Assembly (NCBI GenBank): GCA_965203875.1
Contig: OZ241914.1
Span: forward strand, 553,145 to 617,144
From: Bdellovibrionales bacterium
Lineage (GTDB): Bacteria > Bdellovibrionota > Bdellovibrionia > Bdellovibrionales > JAUICD01
Length of the DNA stretch: 64,000 nt
Direction of reading: 5' to 3'
Under the pieces are notes generated by a model. The model searched no databases, was not told the origin of the DNA, and was given only the letters and a program-made list of their open reading frames with translations. The position numbers were made by a program, and so were the translations under genes. Below, piece by piece: positions 17,012-25,513 of the stretch. Each line of letters opens with the position of its first letter. The first letter of the stretch is position 1.

Positions 17012-17886
17012 TCTGACCCATCTCCGTTAAATGACAGCGTAACAAATGCTTCTTCCAAAGTTTTTCTCTTAGCAGATACACTATAAATTGTAACTTTGTT
17101 GTTGATCAACTCTGCTATCTTTTCGTTGGCTTTCTTCAGCGAATCTACAACTATCAACTCCGCTCCGTCGTTCTTTTTAATCTTGATTTCATGCTCTGTA
17201 TGTATATCTTTGGTGAAATCTGCAATTGGACCCTCAAAAGCCAACCTTCCATTTTTTAAAATGACTAAGTCATCACATAAATCCTCTACATCGTGAAGCA
17301 AATGACTACTAAAAAAAATAGTGCACCCTTCTGACGATACTTTTCTAATAAGATCCTTTATCATAGAACGGCCATCGGGATCTAAGCCAGCCATCGGCTC
17401 ATCCAAAATGATAAGCTTTGGTCTGTGGATTATAGCTTGGGCAAAACCGACTCTTTGTAACATTCCCTTAGAATAAGATCTCAGAGGTTTTTTTCTAGCG
17501 TGGTCCAATTTTACTGTATTTAAAATATCCAAAACAGCACTGCTGATATCTCCAAAATCTGGGTTCCAGCTTAATTTTGCATAAAAAGTCAGAAATTCTT
17601 CACCAGTAAGATAGTCGTAAAAATACGGCCTCTCTGGCAAAAAACCAATATTTTCTCTATTATTTTTAAAAGTCCCTTGTTCAAAGAAAGAAAATTTACC
17701 AGCATCAGATTTTATAAACTCAAATATGCACTTAAATGTTGTGGTTTTACCAGACCCATTTGCTCCTAAAAAACCAGTTATGTTGCCTTGTTTTACAGAA
17801 AAACTTACATTCTTTAATACCTCGGTCTTACCTTGGTAATCGCCAAATGATTTACATAACCCATCAACAGAAATAGCATCCATCAA
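17008..17886 (-). CDS. ABC transporter ATP-binding protein (PilH-like position)
   Basis: Walker A GANGSGKTT, signature YSKGMLQRV and Walker B LIILDEP. Confidence 0.85.
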   Translation of the reverse strand: MMDAISVDGLCKSFGDYQGKTEVLKNVSFSVKQGNITGFLGANGSGKTTTFKCIFEFIKSDAGKFSFFEQGTFKNNRENIGFLPERPYFYDYLTGEEFLTFYAKLSWNPDFGDISSAVLDILNTVKLDHARKKPLRSYSKGMLQRVGFAQAIIHRPKLIILDEPMAGLDPDGRSMIKDLIRKVSSEGCTIFFSSHLLHDVEDLCDDLVILKNGRLAFEGPIADFTKDIHTEHEIKIKKNDGAELIVVDSLKKANEKIAELINNKVTIYSVSAKRKTLEEAFVTLSFNGDGSD

Positions 17887-18015
17887 TTAAGCTCCAGCTT
17901 GTACAGAGTGATTAATTATATCAATACAACTTTCAACCACAAACAATTTTATACCACATGACTCATATAGACCTAAATCTTAGCTAGGATAAATAAAAAG
18001 AATAGATGCACCGTA

Positions 18016-18043
18016 TTGACATGTATCCTTGATGTGATATAAA
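18016..18043 (+). promoter_or_regulatory. Sigma-70-type promoter for rpmI-rplT (and the downstream MVA genes)
   Basis: TTGACA (18016-18021), a 16-nt spacer containing TGa (extended -10), then TATAAA (18038-18043). It lies about 135 nt upstream of the rpmI ATG. Confidence 0.55.
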
Positions 18044-18177
18044 TGTCGGGTTTTTGGAATCTCTCTAGGGCTAGTGCCTTTAAGAAGTGGTCTTGATGAC
18101 TGATCATAAAAGCGGCATATGTCTGATCATGCCCGCCTTAAGGAGATAGAAAAGCTAGATAAATTTGGAGAATTATC

Positions 18178-18378
18178 ATGTCTGGTAAGATGAAGTCTCA
18201 TTCTGGTTCGTCCAAGAGGTTTACAGCTCTTGGTTCGGGTAAAATCAAGAGAAAACAAAAAGGTAAACGTCATCTGTTATCTAACAAATCTTCTAAAAGA
18301 AAACGAAAGCTTACTGGTACAGAATATGTCCACCCGTCTGATTCTAAAAGGGTGGGCAGAATGCTAAAAGGAGCCTAA
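18178..18378 (+). CDS. rpmI: 50S ribosomal protein L35
   Basis: 66-aa highly basic protein, MSGKMKSHSGSSKRF…, with an SD GGAG 7 nt upstream. It is followed by rplT. Confidence 0.9.
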   Translation: MSGKMKSHSGSSKRFTALGSGKIKRKQKGKRHLLSNKSSKRKRKLTGTEYVHPSDSKRVGRMLKGA

Positions 18379-18381
18379 CTT

Positions 18382-18726
18382 ATGAGAGTAAAAGCAGGTA
18401 CAACAAGAAGAAAGCGTCACAATAAGGTATTAAAAAGAGCCAAAGGCTATTATAGTGCAGCCAGCAGATCTTATAAAATAGCTGTCGAAACCAACGACAG
18501 AGCTATGGCCTATGCCTACAGAGACAGAAGGAATAAAAAAAGAACAATGCGTTCACTGTGGATTGTTCGCATCGGGGCAGCCGCAAGGGCAAATGGCACC
18601 AACTACTCAAAACTCATGGCATTACTTAAGACAAAAAACATCGATATAAACAGAAAAATGCTAAGTGATATGGCTGTTAGAGATCCAGAAGCTTTTTCTG
18701 GCTTAGTTCAACACATTTCGAACTGA
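18382..18726 (+). CDS. rplT: 50S ribosomal protein L20
   Basis: MRVKAGTTRRKRHNKVLKRAKGYYSAASRSYKIA…AYRDRRNKKR is the canonical L20 N-terminus. Confidence 0.95.
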   Translation: MRVKAGTTRRKRHNKVLKRAKGYYSAASRSYKIAVETNDRAMAYAYRDRRNKKRTMRSLWIVRIGAAARANGTNYSKLMALLKTKNIDINRKMLSDMAVRDPEAFSGLVQHISN

Positions 18727-18736
18727 AGATAAAACT

Positions 18737-19768
18737 ATGAGTGAAGTGGCCAGTTTTAAAATTAGAAAATCACAACACATAGATTTGGCTATGAATGACT
18801 CTAATCAGGCTGTTGGCTTGTCTGGGTTTGATAAAATTAAACTCCCTCATCAAGCACTACCAGAAATAAATTTTTCGGAAATTACTTTTGAAAATACAAT
18901 CCTGGGCAAAAAATTAAAAACTCCATTTTTTATAAGTGCAATGACGGCTGGAAACGACAGAAGCCTTGAAATTAATAAAATAATAGTAAAAGCATGCCAG
19001 AAACGAGGTTGGATGTTTGGTTTTGGCAGCCAAAGAAGACAACTTTTAGATAACTCAAACGCACTATATGATGAGTGCGAAGTTATCAGAAATTTAGCAC
19101 CTGATATAAATATTTTAAGCAACATAGGACTAAGCCAGTTGATCCATTTGGATCTAAACAAAGTTAGATCATTACTTGATTCTATACACACTGACATATT
19201 GGTAATACACACCAACCCTCTTCAAGAAGCTTTACAACCAGAGGGTACTCCTAATTTTAGAGGCGGTTTGAATGCAATAGAAAAAATTGTAAAGAATCTC
19301 GATGTTAATATAGTTTTAAAAGAGACAGGTTGTGGAATTTCCAAAAAAGCTGCTGCACAATTAGATGATGTGGGAGTGGATGCGGTCGATGTAAGTGGAT
19401 TGGGTGGTACACATTGGGGTAGAATAGAGGGAAAGAGATCGTCTGATAATTCAGTATTAGCCAAGGCATCTGAGACCTTTCAAGATTGGGGCATACCTAC
19501 CACAGAATCTATCAAAAATTCAGTAGGCCAAGGATATGAAGTATGGGCCTCAGGAGGAGTAAGGTCAGGATTGGATGCCCTAAAGTCATTTTATCTAGGA
19601 GCAAATGCCGTAGGTTTTGCTAAACCAGCTTTAACCTTGGCTACATCCAGTGGCTATGAAGCTCTGGAAAAATGGATGGAGACAATAGAGACAGAATTCA
19701 AAGTAGGCATGTTTTGTATGGGAAAAAGTCAAGCGAGCACAATAGGAGGAACCAGTGAAGAAAACTAG
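18737..19768 (+). CDS. fni: Isopentenyl-diphosphate delta-isomerase, type 2 (FMN-dependent)
   Basis: TIM-barrel FMN oxidoreductase pattern (…LKETGCGIS…VSGLGGTHWG…ASGGVRSGLDALK…). It lies in an MVA gene cluster. Confidence 0.8.
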   Translation: MSEVASFKIRKSQHIDLAMNDSNQAVGLSGFDKIKLPHQALPEINFSEITFENTILGKKLKTPFFISAMTAGNDRSLEINKIIVKACQKRGWMFGFGSQRRQLLDNSNALYDECEVIRNLAPDINILSNIGLSQLIHLDLNKVRSLLDSIHTDILVIHTNPLQEALQPEGTPNFRGGLNAIEKIVKNLDVNIVLKETGCGISKKAAAQLDDVGVDAVDVSGLGGTHWGRIEGKRSSDNSVLAKASETFQDWGIPTTESIKNSVGQGYEVWASGGVRSGLDALKSFYLGANAVGFAKPALTLATSSGYEALEKWMETIETEFKVGMFCMGKSQASTIGGTSEEN

Positions 19769-21014
19769 CCTGGAAGGTTTTTCCAAACTCACACAGTCAG
19801 AAAGATTTAAGAAACTTGCAGACCTTGGATATTTAACAAAAGAAGACTTGATTTTTTTAAAAGAAAAAACAGTTCCTGACTCCATTTCCGAACATTTGAT
19901 AGAAAATTCTGTTGGATACTTTCATATGCCTCTTGGGATAGCAACACATTTTGTTATAGACAAAAATCCCTACTGCATTCCAATGGCAGTAGAAGAAACA
20001 TCAGTTGTTGCTGCAGCCAGTAAGACAGCCAAGTGGATAAGTCAAAAAGGTTATGTAACAACAGAACAGAAAGGAAATTTAATCATAGGGCAAATACAAA
20101 TTGCAAAAACCAAGAACTTGGAAAAACTAAAGTCTATAATACAAGAACATAAACAAGATTTACTAAAGTATGCAAATAAACTGGCTAGTGGGTGGGTTAC
20201 TAGAGGTGGTGGATTTGTTGATCTAAAACTTCGTACTATCAAAAGGCAAGATGAACACATAATGTCTGTTATGCATGTGTACGCAAACCCGGTTGATTCC
20301 ATGGGAGCAAACATTATGAACCAGGTGTGCGAAGCAATAAAACCAAAGATAGAAGCTCTATCTGAAGAAAAGATCTCAATGTGCATACTATCCAACTTAG
20401 CTGACACAAAATTATTTGCTGCACAGGTTGTAATAGAAGATATTGATCCTGCTCTAGGTACAAAAATAGAAGAGGCATCTTTATTTGCTCAAGTCGATCC
20501 TTACAGAGCAGCCACAAATAACAAAGGTGTACTGAATGGAATCGATCCAATTTTAATAGCAACTGGTAACGACTGGAGAGCTGTTGAAGCTGGCATACAT
20601 GCTTACGCATCTAGAAATGGACAATACACATCTCTTACAACATGGAAAATGCAAGGAAGAAATCTTGTGGGTTATTTAGAAATACCAGTGTCGGTTGGAA
20701 TAATCGGTGGGGTAACTGGCGTACATCCCACAGCTAAATTAGGTCTAAAAATACTAAAAGTTAAAAACTCCAGCGAATTAAGTAGGGTAATAACAGCGGT
20801 AGGTCTTATACAAAATTTGGGTGCACTTAAAGCATTAGTAACGGATGGAATTGTTGTGGGACATATGAAGTTGCATGCATCTAACCTGGCATTACAGGCA
20901 GGTGCCAGCAAACTTGAAGTTAATATGGTTAAACAAGAACTAAACAAACTTTTACTTAAAAATAAAAAAGTTTCCACTAGTGATGCAACGAGTGTTTTAC
21001 AACAAATGAGATAG
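19755..21014 (+). CDS. mvaA: Class II HMG-CoA reductase
   Basis: ENSVGYFHMPLGIATHFVIDKNPYCIPMAVEETSVVAAASKTAKW, DSMGANIMN and GNDWRAVEAGIHAYA are typical class II HMGR blocks. Confidence 0.9.
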   Translation: MKKTSLEGFSKLTQSERFKKLADLGYLTKEDLIFLKEKTVPDSISEHLIENSVGYFHMPLGIATHFVIDKNPYCIPMAVEETSVVAAASKTAKWISQKGYVTTEQKGNLIIGQIQIAKTKNLEKLKSIIQEHKQDLLKYANKLASGWVTRGGGFVDLKLRTIKRQDEHIMSVMHVYANPVDSMGANIMNQVCEAIKPKIEALSEEKISMCILSNLADTKLFAAQVVIEDIDPALGTKIEEASLFAQVDPYRAATNNKGVLNGIDPILIATGNDWRAVEAGIHAYASRNGQYTSLTTWKMQGRNLVGYLEIPVSVGIIGGVTGVHPTAKLGLKILKVKNSSELSRVITAVGLIQNLGALKALVTDGIVVGHMKLHASNLALQAGASKLEVNMVKQELNKLLLKNKKVSTSDATSVLQQMR

Positions 21015-21017
21015 TAA

Positions 21018-21761
21018 ATGAGTCTACCAAGTAAGACTTTTCTTATTGGTGAATATGCGGTACTTAATAAAGGAGCCGCAATTATCTTAAACACAAAACC
21101 TAGGTTTGAAATGCAAAACGGTAAGTTTTGTGACCCTCACCATTCTAAAGGAGGTTTCGGAGCATCTAGTGCAGCTTGGATTTTTAAAAATAAAATTTTC
21201 GATAAAAATCCAAAAACTATCATATCCAAATATGTTAAAGACACCTGGAGTGGAGTAGGAATTCCGCCCAGCGGAGTAGACGTAATATCACAAATGGTAG
21301 GCAAGGTTTTTTCAATAGATTTATCCAGCATGAAAATTACATCTGACGACTGGAACTTCTATGATTTTTTTATAGTGAGAACCGGAAATAAAATACCAAC
21401 CTATAAACATTTGGAACAATTGGATAATGTATATCAATTTAATAACCTAACTGAGTTATCTAGAAAAGCTCTAGCTTTATTTATCAAAAAAGATAAAAAA
21501 TTTTTTGAATATTTAAAACAATTTGATCAGGAGCTTGCTAGATTGAATTTATATTTGAATGAATCTGCAAAACTAAAAAAGAAAATAATGAAGATAGATG
21601 GTGTTGTATACACCAGAGCTTGCGGAGCTATGGGTGCCGACACAATAATTGTATTTATACTTCCTGATAAAAATACAACAGTAGAAAAAGAGCTTTTAAA
21701 ACTAAATTTAGACATTGTAGCTACACAAAATGATATCTGCGAAGGTATGTATGATATTTAA
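21018..21761 (+). CDS. mvaK2: Phosphomevalonate kinase-like GHMP kinase (short, 247 aa)
   Basis: N-terminal KTFLIGEYAVLNKGAAII (PMK GEYxVL pattern) and the GHMP motif GGFGASSAA. It lies between mvaA and mvaD. Confidence 0.6.
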   Translation: MSLPSKTFLIGEYAVLNKGAAIILNTKPRFEMQNGKFCDPHHSKGGFGASSAAWIFKNKIFDKNPKTIISKYVKDTWSGVGIPPSGVDVISQMVGKVFSIDLSSMKITSDDWNFYDFFIVRTGNKIPTYKHLEQLDNVYQFNNLTELSRKALALFIKKDKKFFEYLKQFDQELARLNLYLNESAKLKKKIMKIDGVVYTRACGAMGADTIIVFILPDKNTTVEKELLKLNLDIVATQNDICEGMYDI

Positions 21762-22671
21762 AGCATCTGCTCCATCAAATTTAGCTTTGGTAAAATATAT
21801 GGGAAAAAGATCAAAGGATAATTTCCCAATAAATTCATCACTTTCCATAACTCTAGATCATTTGAAAACTACTGTGGAATTAGAACAAAGTAATGCTGAT
21901 CAATTTCAAAACAACGAACTAAAGCTTGAACAAAAAGAGTGTAAAAGATTTTTAGACCATCTAAAATTTCTAAAAGATAAATTCTGTGTTGATGAATGTT
22001 TTAAAATCAAATCCTATAATAACTTCCCTGCTAGCTCTGGATTTGCTAGCTCAGCCAGCAGTTTTGCTGCACTTACATTAGCTTTTGCAGAATTCTTACG
22101 CTCAAAAAACAGGCGTCCTGACATTGAAACATTATCTGCGTTAAGTAGAAGGGGTTCTGGGTCATCTTGCAGAAGTTTTTTTGCACCATGGTGTCTATGG
22201 GATCATGTAACCGGAAAAGCTAGCAAAATTGATTTGCCAGATTATAAATTTATATTTCTATCGGTTATAATTTCTAAAAAGAAAAAGATCTCCTCATCTT
22301 TGGCTCATCAAATAGTTCAAAGCTCGCTACTGTATGATGGAAGAGCAAAGAGAGCACAGGAGCGTTTAGATTTGATTATTGAAAATTTAAAAAAAGACAA
22401 CTGGCAAAATTTATTTCAATTAATAAAAGCAGAATTTTGGGATATGATGGGTTTGTTTCATACTTCCATGCCTGGATTTTTTTACATAGAACCTGGTTCA
22501 ATCGAAATATTAAAAAATGTAGAAAAAATTTGGCATGATCATAAAACAGGTCCATTAGTAACAATGGATGCAGCTTCAAGCGTACATCTAATTTTCAAAC
22601 CACAAGATAGTAACATTGCATTAAATATGAAAAACAATCTGAACTTTCCATATATATATCATGAAAGTTAA
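21730..22671 (+). CDS. mvaD: Diphosphomevalonate decarboxylase
   Basis: ASAPSNLALVKYMGKR (NIAxIKYWGK-like), the GHMP motif SSGFASSASSFAAL and RRGSGSSCRS. Confidence 0.85.
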   Translation: MISAKVCMIFKASAPSNLALVKYMGKRSKDNFPINSSLSITLDHLKTTVELEQSNADQFQNNELKLEQKECKRFLDHLKFLKDKFCVDECFKIKSYNNFPASSGFASSASSFAALTLAFAEFLRSKNRRPDIETLSALSRRGSGSSCRSFFAPWCLWDHVTGKASKIDLPDYKFIFLSVIISKKKKISSSLAHQIVQSSLLYDGRAKRAQERLDLIIENLKKDNWQNLFQLIKAEFWDMMGLFHTSMPGFFYIEPGSIEILKNVEKIWHDHKTGPLVTMDAASSVHLIFKPQDSNIALNMKNNLNFPYIYHES

Positions 22672-23521
22672 TGTTTTTGGAAAAGTCATTTTATCTGGAG
22701 AACACTCTGTGCTCAGGGGCAAGAATGCAATCTCTGTGCCTGTAAAGCAAAAAAAATTAGAGTTACAATTTGAACCAAATAGCTGTTTACAAATAGAGTA
22801 TAATCTAAATGGAAAACAAAATAAAAAAGCACAAGCCTTGATAGAAAATATTTTTCTTAAAGCATCTGAGCTACTAGATATAACAGTTGGCGGTACAGTT
22901 ATAATCAACAGCAATTTAAATTTAGGCCAAGGTATCGGGGGCAGTGCTGCTATGTGCACTGCTGTAGGTAAGGTTTTATTAAATTTAAATTTAATAAAGC
23001 AATATGATATCCTAGATTTTTGTACCAACCTAGAAAATATGTTTCATAAAGAAAGTAGCGGTTTAGATATAGCTGTATGCCTTGAAGAAAAACCTATTTT
23101 ATATAACAGAAAAGAAAAAGTTATAGAAATAATTAAACCTGTCTATCAACCTAATCTTGCCATAATTAATTCTGGAATAAATAGTAACACTTCGTATTGT
23201 GTAGAAATGGTAAAACAATTTTATAAAAACTCCAAGATTGCACCTGATATAGACGACAGGATGAACTCTGCTACAGAATATATATATAATTCATTAACAA
23301 GTGGTGATGAAAATAAATTGATAACAGGAATGAACATAGCTTTAGAATGTTTTACTCAATGGGGATTAGTTTCTAATATTAACAAAGTTATAAAACAAAC
23401 ATTTTTAGATGGAGCAGTTGCAGTAAAACCAACTGGTGCAGGTTTAGGTGGTAATGTACTTGCTCTGTTCAAAAGACCTGTCAAATTACCCTACACCGCA
23501 ATTAGCCTAGAAGTCCTTTGA
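22661..23521 (+). CDS. mvaK1: Mevalonate kinase
   Basis: FGKVILSGEHSVLRGKNAISVPV (MVK GKxILxGEHxV motif), the GHMP motif LGQGIGGSAAMCTAV, and C-terminal KPTGAGLGGNVLALF. Confidence 0.8.
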   Translation: MKVNVFGKVILSGEHSVLRGKNAISVPVKQKKLELQFEPNSCLQIEYNLNGKQNKKAQALIENIFLKASELLDITVGGTVIINSNLNLGQGIGGSAAMCTAVGKVLLNLNLIKQYDILDFCTNLENMFHKESSGLDIAVCLEEKPILYNRKEKVIEIIKPVYQPNLAIINSGINSNTSYCVEMVKQFYKNSKIAPDIDDRMNSATEYIYNSLTSGDENKLITGMNIALECFTQWGLVSNINKVIKQTFLDGAVAVKPTGAGLGGNVLALFKRPVKLPYTAISLEVL

Positions 23522-23564
23522 CTAGAAAGTCAAATCATATGACTAGAATGCCAGTAGTACATAT

Positions 23565-24074
23565 GTGAATCTACTAAGCAGTAAGTTAAAATTCATAGAT
23601 ATAGTTATGAAAAAAATATGTTTTTTAGCATGTGCTTTTACTCTTGTTTTAACTAATTCAGGTTGTAATAAAAGTAGAAACGCTGTGTACAAAGGTGGTG
23701 GGTATAGTCTAAACAGTATGTTTAGCATGTCTCCAAATAGTAGTGGGTATGTTCTACAGTTGGATACTATAGGCTGGGAAGCAAGTGTTATAAATGATAA
23801 AATAGAACCTCCAATAAAAAATATTTTCATAATGTTTAATCATGACAAAGTAGTAATTGGAGTTGAAGACAGTCACGATGATAATAATTACAGAGAGCTT
23901 CAAATGTCATTTAAAATTAACCCTTGGTCATGCGGAGTTTATCAAGATAATTTTGGAAAGGTTAAAGTAGAAAAGATTAATAATAAATACACTATTTCAT
24001 TTAGTGATAATCAAAATAATTGGTATATCTTAGGTGAACTTTATAAAAAACCGCCAATAGATTGCTTGCAATAG
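23565..24074 (+). CDS. Lipoprotein, hypothetical (paralog of the next gene)
   Basis: The likely start is 23607 (MKKICFLACAFTLVLTNSGC lipobox). The C-terminal half resembles ORF 24132..24662. Confidence 0.55.
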   Translation: MNLLSSKLKFIDIVMKKICFLACAFTLVLTNSGCNKSRNAVYKGGGYSLNSMFSMSPNSSGYVLQLDTIGWEASVINDKIEPPIKNIFIMFNHDKVVIGVEDSHDDNNYRELQMSFKINPWSCGVYQDNFGKVKVEKINNKYTISFSDNQNNWYILGELYKKPPIDCLQ

Positions 24075-24131
24075 ACTGAACTAAAGTAGCAATTACACAT
24101 GCTTAAAAACAAATCTTGAATATTAGAATCT

Positions 24132-24662
24132 TTGTTGTATACTTGGCGTATGATGTTTAAAAATTTATTTTCATGTCATTTAGTTTTGTTGGTGTTTTCG
24201 CTGTTTGTTACTAGTTGTGTTAGTAATCCTATGCCTCGTGGTAGTCATTATAGAAATGCAAGTGCGGTAAGAGGTAATCACAACTCTGGTCCTGGCGGTG
24301 GGAAACAATGTACAGTAATGCTGACCAGAGGTGCTGATGCAAATAATTTTGATGCAGCTAACATGGTAACTCCTGTTCGTGAGGTATGTTTGGAATTTTC
24401 TTCAAACTTTTTAACAGTTTGGATAGAAGATTCAGATACGACCGGAGCTGGATCATTACAGTATCCACTTCGTGCAGTTGGAGGTGGCAGTGGCTGTACA
24501 TATGAAGATGATTATGTCTCAGTTCAGATAATGCCCCGAATACATGATGGAATTACTTCTGTGTACTTTAGTTTTCGTGGTGAGGATTTTTTATACAGTT
24601 TAGGCGAGGTTCCTGACTCACAAAGACACAGACTACCGCCTTCTTGCTCAGGTACAATTTAG
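24132..24662 (+). CDS. Lipoprotein, hypothetical (paralog of the previous gene)
   Basis: Lipobox-like LFVTSC. LTVWIEDSDTTGAG…GCTYEDDYVSVQI…SVYFSFRGEDFLYSLGEV…PPSC parallels VVIGVEDSHDDNNY…SCGVYQDNFGKVKV…YTISFSDNQNNWYILGEL…PPIDC. Confidence 0.55.
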   Translation: MLYTWRMMFKNLFSCHLVLLVFSLFVTSCVSNPMPRGSHYRNASAVRGNHNSGPGGGKQCTVMLTRGADANNFDAANMVTPVREVCLEFSSNFLTVWIEDSDTTGAGSLQYPLRAVGGGSGCTYEDDYVSVQIMPRIHDGITSVYFSFRGEDFLYSLGEVPDSQRHRLPPSCSGTI

Positions 24663-24670
24663 AGTAGGTT

Positions 24671-25393
24671 TTGCGTTCTATTTTTGCTTCGTTTTTGGCT
24701 ATTATTTGGACGGCATTTTGTTCCTTCTTATGTCTATGGTTTGTATATACCAATAACAAAAAACAAAATTATTTTCTAAAAATGTGGTCCAGAGTTTTAG
24801 TAAAGATTTTTGGAATCAAGGCTACCATACGAGGTGAAAATAATTTACCTGACGGTGGGTGTGTGTTTGTGTTTAATCATCAAAGTCTATTGGATATACC
24901 TGTATTGGCTGCTTTTGTAAAAAAGCCATTTAGGTTTGGAGCAAAGCAAGAGTTATTTAAAATACCTGTGTTTGGTTTTGCAATGAAAAAAATTGGAATG
25001 CTACCTATATACAGAAGCAATAAACACAAAGCATTAAAACTCTACAGTAATTCTGTGGATAAAATACGTAGTGGAAAAAGTTATATGTTAGCACCTGAAG
25101 GTACTAGATCTATTAGTGGTGATCTGATAAAGTTTAAAAGTGGACCTTTTATTTTGGCAATAGAGGCACAAGCACCGTTGGTGCCAGTTGTAATTAAGGG
25201 AGTAGGTAAGATACTTGCTGGTAAAAAGATATTTGCAAACCTAGAGGACACAAATATTGAGATAGATATACTGCCGTCTTATTCAACTAGAGGTTTATCT
25301 AAGGAGCATAGGCATCAGGTTAAAGTCGATATCAGAAATATGTTTTTAGATGAACTACAAAATAGTAAAGACGTATCAAAACCTTGCAGTTAG
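24671..25393 (+). CDS. plsC: 1-acyl-sn-glycerol-3-phosphate acyltransferase
   Basis: HX4D motif FNHQSLLD and PEGTRS motif APEGTRS, with an N-terminal TM. Confidence 0.85.
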   Translation: MRSIFASFLAIIWTAFCSFLCLWFVYTNNKKQNYFLKMWSRVLVKIFGIKATIRGENNLPDGGCVFVFNHQSLLDIPVLAAFVKKPFRFGAKQELFKIPVFGFAMKKIGMLPIYRSNKHKALKLYSNSVDKIRSGKSYMLAPEGTRSISGDLIKFKSGPFILAIEAQAPLVPVVIKGVGKILAGKKIFANLEDTNIEIDILPSYSTRGLSKEHRHQVKVDIRNMFLDELQNSKDVSKPCS

Positions 25394-25513
25394 GTGAGTT
25401 GAATAAAATAACTGTATATTGAAGAAATGAAGTTACATAGTAGTTGAGTTACTTCAGTCTAGTTGTAAACCATAAGTTTAAAGCTTCTGTCCAGTGTTCC
25501 CGATCTTTAATAC

